A stretch of DNA of 64,000 nt, filler included, from Dirinaria sp. TL-2023a (lineage: Eukaryota), in NCBI GenBank assembly GCA_051941275.1. It is 16 parts of 16 records of this genome, joined end to end, with 100 filler letters (N's around TTAATTAATTAA, not from the genome) between each part and the next. Parts side by side here need not be neighbours in the genome. Positions count along the whole stretch, not along the records: positions 8,180 to 12,154 come from JAVEBF010001929.1; positions 12,255 to 16,222 come from JAVEBF010001930.1; positions 16,323 to 20,286 come from JAVEBF010001931.1; positions 20,387 to 24,348 come from JAVEBF010001932.1; positions 24,449 to 28,378 come from JAVEBF010001933.1; 11 more parts are not named here. One strand, written 5' to 3'. Positions within the stretch are counted from its first letter, which is position 1. The number at the start of each line of letters is the position of its first letter. Below the pieces are notes generated by a model. That model saw only the letters and a list, made by a program, of their open reading frames with translations, had not been told where the DNA came from and ran no database searches. Positions 12,014 through 26,049 of the stretch are shown here, one piece after another. The position numbers were made by a program, and so were the translations under genes.

Positions 12014-12154
12014 GCGGCGATGAGGTAGATGTAGAGGTAGAAGTTATAATAATGATGACCAGGTGAAAGTATGTAAGTAAGGTATGTGGCGGTGGGTGTG
12101 GCTAGGTAGGTGGCTGGTAGCCGGGTTTAAAAAATTAGGACTGCGCATTAGGAC
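12014..12154 (-). repeat. Right TIR of MULE (perfect part)
   Basis: Reverse complement of 8180-8320. Confidence 0.95.
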
Positions 12155-12254
12155 NNNNNNNNNNNNNNNNNNNNNNNNNNNNNNNNNNNNNNNNNNNNTT
12201 AATTAATTAANNNNNNNNNNNNNNNNNNNNNNNNNNNNNNNNNNNNNNNNNNNN

Positions 12255-13531
12255 TGTGGTCAATCCTAGCAACTGCTATTGCAAGTCCGAATGACGCACC
12301 TTATCTTGTTCCCAGACAGAGCTACCAGAACGTGACCACTCCCAAAATCCTTATTATTAGCATGGTAAATTAGACAACATCCAGACTACGCACCAAGGAT
12401 GATTTAATCTTTCCACAGTTTTCGTCTGAAGGGGATGTTTGGAACACAATCCCCGAGTTCGATCTTTCAGCTCGCAATATCACTGTCCCTGGCTTCTCTC
12501 CTCTGTTTCCAACCGTTCGCTGCACTGCAATTGGTGACATTTGTCAGCTTGTGACTGGCGAGGGTGGTATGATCCTCAGATCTCCCGAAAGCTTGAAAGA
12601 CCTGATGTTGATGTGCTGTTTCAGAAATAAACGCTGCCAGCACGATCACTGCTCTAACACTCTCATCCCTCTTCGACTTGAGGCGTACTTATTTTTTCAT
12701 TGCTGGAATCGCTGGTGTTTCCCCTCAAGTTGCTACAATTGGCGTTAGTAGCAGTAAAGCACGCTCTTTTCTCTCGCTGACAATAGAAAGTCTGTAACAT
12801 TTGCCCGCTACGCCGTTTCAGTCGGCCTTCAATATGAGATCGATGCCCGCGAAATTCCTCAAAATTTCACTACCGGCTTCGTGCCTCAAGGAAGCTTTTT
12901 CCCAACACAGTATCCAAGCGAACTGTACGGTACCGAAGTTTTCGAAGTCAATGAGCCGCTTCGCAGAATTGCAATGTCCTTTGCTAAAACCGCGACTCTC
13001 AATGACAGCACTGCCGCGATAGCATATCGCGCCAATTACGCTTCCAATTCAGCGTATGAAGCAGGTAGTCGCTCCCCTAGTGTGGTGGCCTGTGACACCG
13101 CAACGACGGATGTCTTCTACAGTGGCACCCTGCTTTCTGAAGCTTTCGAGAACACTACCGCACTGTTCACCAACGGCAGCGGTGTTTATTGTAGCAGTGA
13201 ACAGGAAGACACTGCAACCCTCGAAGCGTTGCTCCGGGCTGCAGCGAACAGTATCCTTGATTTCTCCCGCGTCATCATCATGCGCACGGGCTCTGACTTC
13301 GATCGTCCATACCCTGGCCAGGCTGTGACTTCTAACCTCTTCTACGCTAAGCAAGGGTACCCAGTCTCTGTACAGAACGTCTATCTCGCTGGCGTCAAAG
13401 TCGTGCAGGGTATTGTCGGGGGCTGGAACAGCACCTTTGAAAGAGGTATCAATGCGACTAATTATGTGGGAGATATATTTGGCACACTAGGTGGCCAGCC
13501 TGACTTTGGGCCTGGGAGAAGTACGACATAG
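12255..13531 (+). CDS. Purine nucleoside permease family (NUP) protein, multi-exon, 5' end cut by contig edge
   Basis: Spliced motifs PKILIISMF..EGDVW, NITVPGFSPLFP, TGEGEINAA, FDLRRTYFFIAGIAG, LQYEIDARE, YGTEVFEVN, SEQEDTATLE, MRTGSDFDRPY. Confidence 0.88.
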
Positions 13532-14424
13532 TCAACCTGCTTCCTCACCGAATGAACTTGATTTGAAGACTCACAAGGAACACGAACTACTTTCGGTGAA
13601 AGGGTTTGGCTGAGTAGAACTCTATTTGCCAGACATTTACTTCCCCTACCTTTCAGAAGAAGAATTGATCGGACTTGAAGTTTCGATGATACGATACTGT
13701 GTCTCTTGAATAGTTTCAATTCATCAACTTGCCCTCTACTCCTCCATCATTACACTTCTTGCCTCCTCAAGCAGAATTTTTAAGGTGTGCGTAGGAACTT
13801 CTTCCGTATGGTGACCAAACGTCGACTCTGGAAGGGACCAGACACTTTTGGAATTCTTCCTTGTGATTATAAATCGATGGTCATCACCAGGATCGAATTG
13901 TACAAGCTTCGTCGTCGTCGATTTTGAAAGAATGACGATTTTATGGCGTCTTGCTGAAGTGACAGGCGAGACAGGAGACTAGTGGATGCTAGTGGATGCC
14001 AAGGAATTCGTTTAGGCTAGCGTCGTTTCCCCATCAACTTTGTTTTTTTAGCGAGGGGCATTTCGGGCAATTTTGGCTGGTCGAACCGCAGAACCTGCTT
14101 TGCGCAACGCAGCAAACCAGGATTTGGAGGTCGCAGTATCTGTGACCGTCATCAGATTTCTCCCGATCGTTCCAAATTGTGTTATGGAGAGCATGAAGTC
14201 TTAATTCGGCAAAGCAGCTTCACTCTCTCTGTGAAGCATTACTCCAAAAGCAAGCGATAGAGTCATAGCCAGCAGCGCCGGCCACCAACCCTCTGAAATT
14301 GTGCATTCAAGCTTGAGCTGTCGCATGGTCTCGTCCTGGAAACCGGAGATCCAAGCATCTCCAGGCCTGCAAAAGGGCTAGGGATCGTAGGACATAGGAC
14401 CAAGGAAGAGAGCCAACCTTCACC

Positions 14425-16222
14425 ATGTCGCCTTCACCACAACTTGCCCCGGCGGGCAGCAGTACCTATACATCCAATTCAATGTATGTTGGTGATGGAA
14501 CCTGGGACACCGACCGAAATACCTTCCTCCTTCCAAACCTTGTAGGCCTGAATTTTGCTACTATGCGATACAATGGTGATTCATACCTCCCCCCCCAACA
14601 AGAGAACAAGCTTCAACTGACTCTATCAGGAATGGGAAATCGATTTCGGGAGATGCCCCAATACCGAAGCCTGATACGCGCACATGGGATAATTGCCGCC
14701 ATTGTCTTTCTCCTTCTCGTGCCTACCGCAATCCTTGTCCGACGCTTTCACAAGAGAAATTATCGGTTGGCATTGAGGATACATGTCTGGCTTCAGATCC
14801 TGACCGTGCTTCTTTTGACTACGGCCATCATCCTTTCTTTCATTTCAGTGGGGCCCAGGCGGAATCTTACGAACCCCCATCATGGCATCGGTCTCGCCAT
14901 CTATGTTCTGGTACTGGTTCAGTTCTTTGGTGGCTGGTGGATACATAGGAAAGAACGGTCAAGGAGGATGTTATACCTGTCTATGAAAGTCATGGTAAGA
15001 TTCATGCAGTCTAGCGTATTCTCTATCGCGCTGACTCTAGTACAGCTTCATCATTGGCTTGGCCGCGCGATTGCGCTTCTCGGCCTTGCGCAGATACCGC
15101 TTGGTTTAACTCTCTACGGCTCTCCTGTTGCGTTGTTTGTATTATATGCATTAGCGGCCTTTGCTCTTGTTGTCATTTATTTTATCCTCGAATACGTCCA
15201 GGAGCGTCGTTACGACAGCGAGTACGATAGCCGCTATAGCTATGGGACTGGCAGCGTCGTTGAAGAAGGTCGGCGCCATTCCAGGACCGGAGACTTACTC
15301 AAAGGTGGTGCTGCTGGTGCCGGTCTTGCCGCGCTTGCCAACAGACTTCGAAATCGATCCCGAAGTCGAGACCGAGCTGACAGGCCCGAGGTCGTCGCAT
15401 CGAGAAGACATTCCGGTTCGTTTATTGAAGATGAGAAATATTATGGAGACGAAGAGCGTGGTGGAGGCTGGAGAGAAAGGCTGCTTAAGATTGGTGCTGT
15501 GGGTGGAGCTGCTGCAGCCGCCAAAAGCTTTTTCGATCGAAGGAGGAACCGAGACCGCGACAGTGATACGGGCGACTACGGCCCTCCACTGGGTGGTGAT
15601 GTTCCTATCAACCGACGAAACAGCTTGAGCAGGATTGACGAGGGCGCTCCTTTACCAAGTGGGCAACATCCACTCAACCAGCCTCTACACCATCGCCGAA
15701 GTACAAGCTCGATGACGTACAGCAGCTATATGAGTGCGAGTCAAGAAGGTCGAGGCCATGGATTGCGGGACGCGGTTGCTGGCCTTGGCGCATTGGGTCT
15801 TGCTCGGAATATCTTCAAGAAGCGAAGGGAGCGTAAAGAACAAAAACGCCTCGATCAGCAAATCGAACGAGAACGCCTAGATAGAGAGAGGAACCAGCGC
15901 TTGACTGGAGACGGGACTCCGCGTCGCCACAGACGCCACGGCTCGGTCACTTCGAGTACGGATATAACTGAATCAACCGATCCGTTCCCAGGTCGCGGAC
16001 CTATACTAGGCAATCCTCGTCCCGTTCCAGCAGGAGTCTATCCAGGCACTGCTGCTCCGGCCGTAATCCCTCGACCAGGAACGCAAGCCGGCAATCTCCC
16101 GCCTCCTCCACCAGGGACCCAGCCCGGCAATCTTCCGCCCCCTCCGCCTCATGGCATTCATCCAAGCGCCAGCAACCCCGTAATGACCGGTGCAGCTCCT
16201 GTCCAACAGGCTTCCATGCCCC
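14425..16222 (+). CDS. Cytochrome b561-like membrane protein with long low-complexity C-terminus, 3' truncated
   Basis: Hydrophobic helices with His ligands (AHG, IHVWLQ, PHHGIG, LHHWLG). Probable introns at 14576-14629 and 14995-15045. Confidence 0.8.
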
Positions 16223-16756
16223 NNNNNNNNNNNNNNNNNNNNNNNNNNNNNNNNNNNNNNNNNNNNTTAATTAATTAANNNNNNNNNNNNNNNNNNNNNN
16301 NNNNNNNNNNNNNNNNNNNNNNCAGGGTAAATTATTCTACAGTCTGGTGTAGGAGAACGTGTTCGTTTCCTTCGAGTCGAGGGAGATCTATTTTATGACA
16401 TTTCTCTCTCTCTGTGTGCTATGAAGGTCTGCTTATTTAGGACATGGTATTTGAATGAGGTTTGAGCATATTCTGTTCAGGGGGTGGAAAAAGATATGAA
16501 AGGACTAGTACTTCCTGACATCGTTCGGAGCTTAGAGTAGGAAATCGCTGCTAATGGCGACGAGGCCCGCTTTATCATGTTTTTTTATATATCGAGCTCC
16601 GAGTATTTTGAGTTGCCCTCTGAGGACCGGCTGTGCTAGCCTCTATAAGTGAGATTTTGCAGGATGCCAATTTCTAGACGACTACCTTATACGATGTGCA
16701 CGACGTGAATTCGGATTCCGTCTTGATGCTGCGGGCCATGTCTTTCAGATTTGAAG

Positions 16757-17850
16757 TCAGAAAACGCCAACTGCAGCCAGAATCTCTGATTCGGTCGGTT
16801 TCAAATCAACGAAGCTTCGAAACAAGTTTTGAGGATCATGCTCGTTTTTCAGGTTCAGAAGCCTCCTGTGATTGACCCCAAATAATTTCTCCGGACTCGA
16901 ACGAAAACCTGGCCTGTTTGAGTATTTCGCTTCATATAGTCGGAAAGTTGAGAATCTTACCGTCGTAGTTTAAATATGCTCCTACACTCGTCTTCGTTGA
17001 ATCGTCCGCGTCTTTTCCACTCTTCCTTTTCTGGAACGTTTCTTCGATTTCAGAGGTGTACGCTCTACGCCACTCCCTACAGATCTTGTCGTTCGCCTCT
17101 TCGGTCCACGTTGGGATTACTTGGACGTTGATTTGATAGCCTCGGTTTGTATAAGCCGTCTCGCTTTGGCCGATTCGCATGAATGGATATGGATTGCAGA
17201 CCTCAAATCCTATGATCGATTTGCTTGCATCTGGAACATACCTGACAAAGGCTGCGAAGTCGGCGTACAATTTTTCGAAGAAGGCTTGGTCTAGTTTTGC
17301 TATAACCGAGCTTCCGTGTCCACATTTCCTTAGCTCTCTGCCTGCGGCAGAGCCACTGGGTGTTCCTAATGCAGAGAATGTGACCATCCTTGTTCGATTG
17401 ACCAGAGTTTTGGAATCCAGTAGTTGAGCGAAGAAATCCAGGGCTTTCTGCTCCGGGCCGTTGTACCATGGCAGTGTCCAGATTGTTGGCTCCTTTCCCG
17501 GCGTCAAGACGTTCCAACCCCAGCAGAGTGCCGCAGTACCGTTGTTCTCCCTTGCTAATACCTTACCGCAAACTTTCAATATCGTTCCAAGGCTTTGTTT
17601 CCCAAAAACTATGTTACCGGTCCATACCTGCCCCTTCTGCTCGCGCCCCTGCAGCACAAATTCTGTTGTCACACCGAACAGACTACCGACCCCATTCATC
17701 GCGCAGAACAAATCCTGACTCGGCATATTCGAAGCGCGCACGGTCGAGCCATCGGCACGAACGATTTCTATCCCAATCATATTATCGCACTCTAACCCAT
17801 ACGCCCCCGTAAACCAGCTGTACCCACCATGCAGTGTTGTGCGGTTCGAA
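16757..17850 (-). pseudogene. FAD-linked oxidase (6-hydroxy-D-nicotine oxidase/BBE-like), apparently lacking the N-terminal FAD-binding part
   Basis: TLHGGYSWFTGAYGLECDN, DLFCAMNGVGSLFGVTTEF, YLNYD, then an intron and LFGVNHRRLLNLKNEHDPQNLF. No GGH motif found upstream. Confidence 0.6.
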
Positions 17851-18517
17851 ATTCGGAGCTCTCCGGGCAAAAGCTGGCATATCGCGTTGGAGCCCAGTAG
17901 CTTTGCCCTCTTCTGGGAACATTTTTCTTCTTTCCCCCGCTGAAGCCAGGATTTCGTCTTGAACGCATGTTGAAGCAAAGTTAGAGAGTTAGCTCCCTCA
18001 GCCAAAGGAGAGAGCTTGTTCCTCTCTTTGTTTGGATGCTGCTGGGAGAGTATTTTCGTACCATTCAAATCGGACGCCACGAGATAATAAGAGCTAGTCA
18101 CGGACAAAACCCTCTCTCTCCTCATACTCCCCCGTTTTGGAGAAAGGAGGTGGGCGGGGTGTGTTGGGGGTGGCGCTTGGTACTAGTTTTACGGTGGATA
18201 TTCTCTTTGAGTTGAGCTGACTACATAACATAGCGGGCTTCATCATTACGCATAGACGGAGAGCAAGCCTACCACCATCATCACAATGAGGAGAACACCA
18301 TATGTTTCTCATGCATGTCCTGCTTCGAAGTTGTGAATTTATGTCTCAGAAATTCTTCCGCTCCGCCCATTTTACAACACAACGAATATACGGTCTCCTT
18401 CAAAATTTCTACTATGGAAGTTCTCTAACATCCCCAAACACTATCTGCAACTACTTCTTCCTTGGAGAAGCTGCATGATCTATTTTCTTGTCACCGCTTT
18501 CATGAAACCATGTATCA

Positions 18518-19258
18518 TCATTTCCATGTTACTTTCTCTCTCCTGGTGAGCAGAATCCCCATAACCACAATAACCCATGTAATCATCCGATCCTGCATCA
18601 TCGGCTCGGGAACCTTCACTTGGACGCCCTTCATGACCCTCAGATGCGTCTCTACTATCCTAGTCGAAATATCATCAATGATCTCCTTGAAATCCACAAT
18701 TTCCAACTCCATATTCCTCACTGGGTCCCAATGCACCACCTCATCCCCCGCACTGAACAAACTCACCAAAGCTTGCTCTACATGCTGCATCCGAGGGGCG
18801 TCGGGGCATGTACCAGGGATAATCTCGATCCTGAAAGCCCGACCACGCGTCAGATCAAGGCCACGGAGGAGGAAAGGGTCCCATTGCCAGGATAGACGTA
18901 CGGAGGAGTCGTGGCCAAGCAAGAGTCGCGAACAGAGAGGGTGTAAATGGTCATCGTCGAGCGAAAGGGTGAAAGTGCGGGAGTAGAGAACGATCATGGC
19001 GTCGGCGTGCAGTGCGCGGTTGACAAGCCCGATGCCGTACAAGAAGCTGCGCAAAAGGTGGAGTGGTGGGTTTGTGAGGATGGATAACAGCGTTATGGGG
19101 GCGTGTGGTTGCGTATCCCAGTTTTCCGTGTGTTTGGTATCGATGTGGAAGGTGATGTTTTTCAAGCCTATGGAGTCGACAGGGAAGAGGTATTCGAGGA
19201 TTTGGTGGCGGATTTCAGGAGGTAGTGATGTGAGTCGGCTGGAGAGATGGTCTGCCAT
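18518..19258 (-). CDS. F-box-like domain hypothetical protein
   Basis: N-terminal LTSLPPEIRHQILEYLF and LVNRALHADAMIVLYSRTF, typical of fungal F-box-like orphans. The 3' end may be spliced. Confidence 0.65.
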   Translation of the reverse strand: MADHLSSRLTSLPPEIRHQILEYLFPVDSIGLKNITFHIDTKHTENWDTQPHAPITLLSILTNPPLHLLRSFLYGIGLVNRALHADAMIVLYSRTFTLSLDDDHLHPLCSRLLLGHDSSVRLSWQWDPFLLRGLDLTRGRAFRIEIIPGTCPDAPRMQHVEQALVSLFSAGDEVVHWDPVRNMELEIVDFKEIIDDISTRIVETHLRVMKGVQVKVPEPMMQDRMITWVIVVMGILLTRREKVTWK

Positions 19259-20884
19259 TTTTTGTCTTTTTCCCTTTTTCTTTTCTTTTCTCTTTTGGAT
19301 TCTGGAGATGGACCCTCGCTGAAATTGCAGCACTGCTGGTTTGAAGCTTGTGTTGGTTTTTTCTTCTCTCCTTCTTTCGAGATCGGGGTTTGGATCCTTT
19401 CTTCCTCTTTGTTCCTTATTCTGTCTTTTTTTTCGTGTTTTTGGAGAAGAGGATACAGGCGAGCGAGGTATTTCTAACCTGGGGAATGTGATGAGTTATG
19501 TTCCCGATTCACACATACAAGGCTTTGGTTTTTCTTTTTCTTGTTTCAAAGTATGGTTCACAATGTCTTTGTCATGTGCCTGGCCGGGAAGTACTTATAT
19601 ATGTAGCATCTGAAGATACTGACTCACAGAGTGTTTTGGCAGCGATGTCACAAAGAGGGCGCACCATCCCCCCTTTTATAGGCTGTGTTCTCCGCACCCC
19701 TGGTACATGTGTTACCCAAATTCAACACTGCCTTGCCTATCATTGCCTTTGTTCGCATGTACTTCGACCTTATTTTCTTTCTCCTTCCTCATAGATTAGT
19801 GCCCCTGGCCTAGTGATGCCGACGGAGAAACCACACCATAATTCCTGACTGCTAGCGTGGTCTATACCACTAGTATGGTCAACTGGAAATCGCCGCTGGA
19901 TACAACCTAGGTTCATCAAATCACCCAGGAGCGGAAACTGGCAACACTAGGACGCAGCTGTGCTTCACGGAAAACCAAATCCATACATAAGCCTACGGCG
20001 TAATGTGCTCCTGCGTACCATTTTATGTACTCCTACTATACCTACCTCTAACAGCCATCAATGTTTGTCCCATGGATGAATATATTCAACAACGCACACA
20101 AGATTAACATCCAATAAATCCATCATGTTCTACAACCAAAATTTTAAAAAAATCCACAAAAACACCCTCTTGATTAAGTTGAATTTCGATAGAAAACTAC
20201 ACGATTTCAACAATCACTCATAATCTCATATATCGTCAACCCTAAAGCACCACCTCATACTTCACTAAACCCCCCCTCCCTACCTANNNNNNNNNNNNNN
20301 NNNNNNNNNNNNNNNNNNNNNNNNNNNNNNTTAATTAATTAANNNNNNNNNNNNNNNNNNNNNNNNNNNNNNNNNNNNNNNNNNNNTGGTGATGATGGTG
20401 GTGATGATGATGATGGCGGCGATGGGGGTTGTGGGAGATTGGAGAGCGGGAGCGGGAGCGTGTTGAAGTTTGCGATTTGAAGCGGAATTTGGTGCTTGAT
20501 GTGCTGCTCCTCTGGGTAGGCGGGTGGGTTGAGGTGTTCATGATGAGCGTGGATGTGCGATTGTGAAGGTTGGGAGGTGATCATCCGCTTTTCCTTTTTG
20601 GTAGGACTCAATGCTGTCCTGATATCATCGCTGTGCTCAAGTAGATGCTGTCAGGCTGTGCTTTTTATGTTTATGAACAGCTGCCTCACTACAACAGCAG
20701 AGACGGTAGCAATCCATGAAGTAGATGACCGCAAAGCTCTCAACGAAGTTAGCGTTGCCGAACTTTTACCGCGTGATAGTCTACCTTATGTAACTCTGCA
20801 TCATCCCATGAATACAGTAAACTCTCAATTCAACCCCATACAATAAATTGAAACCTCCAAATCCATAACTCCTCCCTTACAAAA

Positions 20885-22063
20885 ATGTCAAACCTTTCCT
20901 ACGGCCTGAACCTCACCAAAAAGCCCACTTCAACCACATCTCGCCCAGCGCCCGCGAAACGAAAACCCATATTCGACGACGACTCCGACAACGACTCCTT
21001 CGGACCCGAAAATGGAGCGGAGCAATCCGACCAACTCGAATCTCTGCACACGGTCGGTGGTCTTCAATCTCCCTCCTCTTCCATCTCCACCTCCACCTCC
21101 TCTAAAAAAAAGCGAATCCCCAACTCCTCCGTCCCTCCTCCAACAAAAAATCCCAAACCCTCCTCCAACCCTGCTGCCCCCAAGAAGATCTCCAACTACG
21201 GCTCCCTCTCCACCGCGCACAGCACCTCGAAACACTCCAAAACCGCCCAAGACCTAGACCCGAGCATCTACGACTACGACGGCGTCTACGATTCCCTGCA
21301 CCACCACCACCACCACCAAAACCCACAAAAACTGGAAGAAGAAGAAACGACCACCACCGCGAACGGGACCACCATCAGAAAACCAAAATACATATCGCAA
21401 CTGCTCGCGGCGTCGCAGGTCCGGAAACGCGACGCCGTGCGCGCCAAGGAGAAACTGCTGGCCAAAGAGCGCGAACTGGAGGGGGACGCCTTCGCGGACA
21501 AGGAAAAGTTCGTGACGGCCGCGTATAAACGGCAGCAGGCGGAGATGCGGAGGGCAGAGGAAGAGGAGGAGAGGCGGGAACGGGAGGCGGAGGAGAGGAA
21601 GAAGAGGGAGGGGGGAGGGATGAAAGGGTTGTACAAGAACATGTTGGAGCGCGGCGAGGAGAGGCATCGGCAAGTCATGCAGAATGTGGAGGAGAGGAAG
21701 GGGAAGGATGTGGGCGAAGAAGAGAAAGAAGCGAAAACCAAGGGTGAGGAGGAGAAAAGCGAGGCGGATTTGGCAAGGGAAAAGGGCGCGGTTATCAACG
21801 AGGAAGGGCAGGTGGTTGATAAAAGGCAGTTGCTCAGTGCCGGATTGAATGCCGGTGCTGGGCCCAAACCTGCGGCACCTTTTCCTTCTGCCAGGACCAG
21901 GGAAAGGACTGGAGGCAGCCGAATGTCGGATCGTGAACGAGAAACGAAAGCTTTTGAAGAGCAGCTGTTGGGGAAAAGGACTGCGGGGAGCGACGAGGAG
22001 GATGAACGAGCGGCCAAGAGCCGCAAGATGGAAGATGAAATTCTAGGCCTTCTCGGAAGATGA
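20885..22063 (+). CDS. Nuclear speckle splicing regulatory protein 1-like (DUF2040/CCDC55)
   Basis: LSYGLN, DPSIYDYDGVYD, KPKYISQLL, EGDAFADKEKFVTAAYK, INEEGQVVDKRQLLSAGLN. Confidence 0.9.
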   Translation: MSNLSYGLNLTKKPTSTTSRPAPAKRKPIFDDDSDNDSFGPENGAEQSDQLESLHTVGGLQSPSSSISTSTSSKKKRIPNSSVPPPTKNPKPSSNPAAPKKISNYGSLSTAHSTSKHSKTAQDLDPSIYDYDGVYDSLHHHHHHQNPQKLEEEETTTTANGTTIRKPKYISQLLAASQVRKRDAVRAKEKLLAKERELEGDAFADKEKFVTAAYKRQQAEMRRAEEEEERREREAEERKKREGGGMKGLYKNMLERGEERHRQVMQNVEERKGKDVGEEEKEAKTKGEEEKSEADLAREKGAVINEEGQVVDKRQLLSAGLNAGAGPKPAAPFPSARTRERTGGSRMSDRERETKAFEEQLLGKRTAGSDEEDERAAKSRKMEDEILGLLGR

Positions 22064-22521
22064 ATTTCGAGGCATTGTTGCGATGACCGGTACAGGACAC
22101 ATTTAGCGATTTAGCGGCACGAGTGGGCGTTGCAATAAGAATGAGCAATCTCCATTACTACTGATGATTTCCTGATCGCGTTGTGTGCGGTCATGAGGCT
22201 CATTGAGACCTACTGAGCGCTGGTAACCGTACAGATTGAATATCCACCGAGGTAGTCATCCGAACCTGCTATGAATGGTACAGGGAGCACAAACAGCTGA
22301 ATACCTGAACGATACAGACTCTCAAAGGCCTCTGAGGCAAGCTAAACAGCTTGTATGAATAACGCTTGTGGGCGCTTAATAGGTTAGCCTTTTGCATGAA
22401 GACTCGAAAGCCTGTTCAAAGGCTCGTATTTCCAAAAACTCTTCGTTGGCCAGTCATTCGAACCTCTTCAATACTCGCATACAGTGGAGACTAAACGTCG
22501 AGCTGTTGGCCAACAGTACTT

Positions 22522-24086
<1,565 letters not shown>

Positions 24087-24914
24087 GACGAGGAGGAGAT
24101 GGGGGTTGGTCGTAGGAGTGGAAAAGAGGTGACGTGACAATCGGCGTTTTCTCTCAGGCAAGGGCGTGTTCGCATATACACAACTGCGGCATGAGCACCA
24201 CCTGGAACACCCAATCGGCTATAAGTAGAACCCCAACGGGGATCTGCAGGTGCGCCTATCAGAGGCTTTCCGAAGAGATCGAGTTTTTTTGCAATGGTCA
24301 AAGCGAGCACAGTATCTATTGTGTTGTCTTGCAATAACAGTGCTAGGANNNNNNNNNNNNNNNNNNNNNNNNNNNNNNNNNNNNNNNNNNNNTTAATTAA
24401 TTAANNNNNNNNNNNNNNNNNNNNNNNNNNNNNNNNNNNNNNNNNNNNGATCGGAAGTGCCAAATTACACCTCTAAACATTCTTCTCACCCTTTCCTGCA
24501 ACCAAAAGAAAAAGGAAGGAAAAAAAAAAAAAAAAAAACGCCCTCGGCGCCCCATCAATATTGACCCGTTCCATCCTCAACCGAAACACCTCCCTCTTCC
24601 TTCTTCATCTTCGCAACCTTCTGTTCTCACGGACAGAATCAACCCACGCTTCCAATACCCACGACACCATGGACTTACAGCCGAGTACTTTATATACTCA
24701 TCCATTCGCATTCGATATGAGCTAGTTACGACCCAGAAGCTGTCCAAAGTCCCTTTTTCCGCTTTTATTATCGTTCGGAGTCTCACGCGTTGGTTAACTC
24801 GATTTGAACATTTTCAGTCCTCGGCCTCCTTGACTGCTTCCTAAGTTTCTATGGTTGGATATCTTGCTTCATCCATACACCTCAAGCATCCTCCTTGGAG
24901 ATAGGTTCTGAAAC

Positions 24915-26049
24915 ATGGATCCGGAAAATCGTTTCGCGTTGGATCTCGAGCAGATCTACAACGTTCACGGTCCTCTGATATCTACCGCTCCTCCTCTTAC
25001 CCCGGAACCCGTCAATGGCACCATGACGGTCGAGCAGACTGGTCCCCCGACCCCGCAGACTGGTCAGGTCATCAATTTTGGGGTCGTCGCCAATGGCATC
25101 TATCGCAGTAGCTTCCCTCATCCGACCAATCTCGAGCACTTGCAGAGTCTGAAGCTGAAGACGATCATGTAATTTCCCCTGCTCGTTTGGATTTCCTAAT
25201 CTTTTTCTGTCGCTTTCTCATTTTTTGATTGCACATGGATCAAATGGAAGAGAAAGAGACTGATAGTACGTAGAACCCTCGTCGACGAACCGTACGCGCC
25301 CGAGAGTCTGCAATACGTGGAGGCGAACCAGATCAACCACCTCCGCATCCCAATCATCGCGCACAAGTCCGCCGACCGTGTCAATTCCCTCGCAGAAGTC
25401 GCCCGTGTGATGCATGTGCTCAGGGATCCGAGCCAGCATCCCGTCCTGGTGCATTGTAATAAGGGAAAGGTAGCTGCCTATTCCCTGCTTTGTCTAGCAT
25501 TTGCCGTAGATCTCTTCATCTAGAGGGGTGGGGGCTAACACGATGAGTCCAGCACCGTACCGGATGCATGATCGCCGCCTACCGCAAGCTCAATTCCGGC
25601 ATCGAGTTTGATATCATCAAAGAGTCAGTGACTATCTAATTCCATTTCTTTTCTGGCAGACGCCGATCTACAGCCCCCCTCTTTACCCCTTAATTCAAGC
25701 CCAGAAACATGGCAAACTCCAAATTTCAACCGCACTTACCAACCTTCCTTACAGATACCAACACTACGCAGGCCTTAAACGCCGCGACTGGGACGAACAC
25801 TTCATTCGCACTCTCCCCATCTCAATCCTCGACGAACTCCTCCGCGTTGGCCCCACCAGCCTCGCCGGCGCCGCGCTCGCAAGGCAACACTCCCCAAAGA
25901 CTCTCGACATCAACCGGCAACGTGAAGCCGCTCTGCGGCTTTATCCCACGCCACCGGAAAGCGAGTTCGACGAGGATGATGTCAGGGCCGATGAAGGTGT
26001 CCGATGGAGACTGGATGATGGAACTGAAGAGGGGATGAATCCTTCGTAA
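24915..26049 (+). CDS. Siw14/OCA-family tyrosine (inositol pyrophosphate) phosphatase, multi-exon
   Basis: NFGVVANGIYRSSFP, LKLKTI-TLV, HPVLVHCNKGK|HRTGC active-site loop across an intron, EYQHYAG. Confidence 0.9.

Larger units (their letters stand above)
8180..12154. mobile_element. Mutator-like (MULE) DNA transposon filling the whole contig
   Basis: 141-bp perfect terminal inverted repeats (8180-8320 / 12014-12154), continuing imperfectly to about 8500 / 11826, enclosing a MULE transposase. TSD not visible because the contig ends in the TIRs. Confidence 0.93.

Noticed and set aside
5541..18125. Secondary-metabolite cluster (two FAD oxidases, permease, b561)
   Set aside because: Genes are on separate unlinked contigs.
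20387..20611. Pro/Ser-rich or poly-His ORFs running into the gap
   Set aside because: Low complexity and truncated; may be a gene start but cannot be supported.
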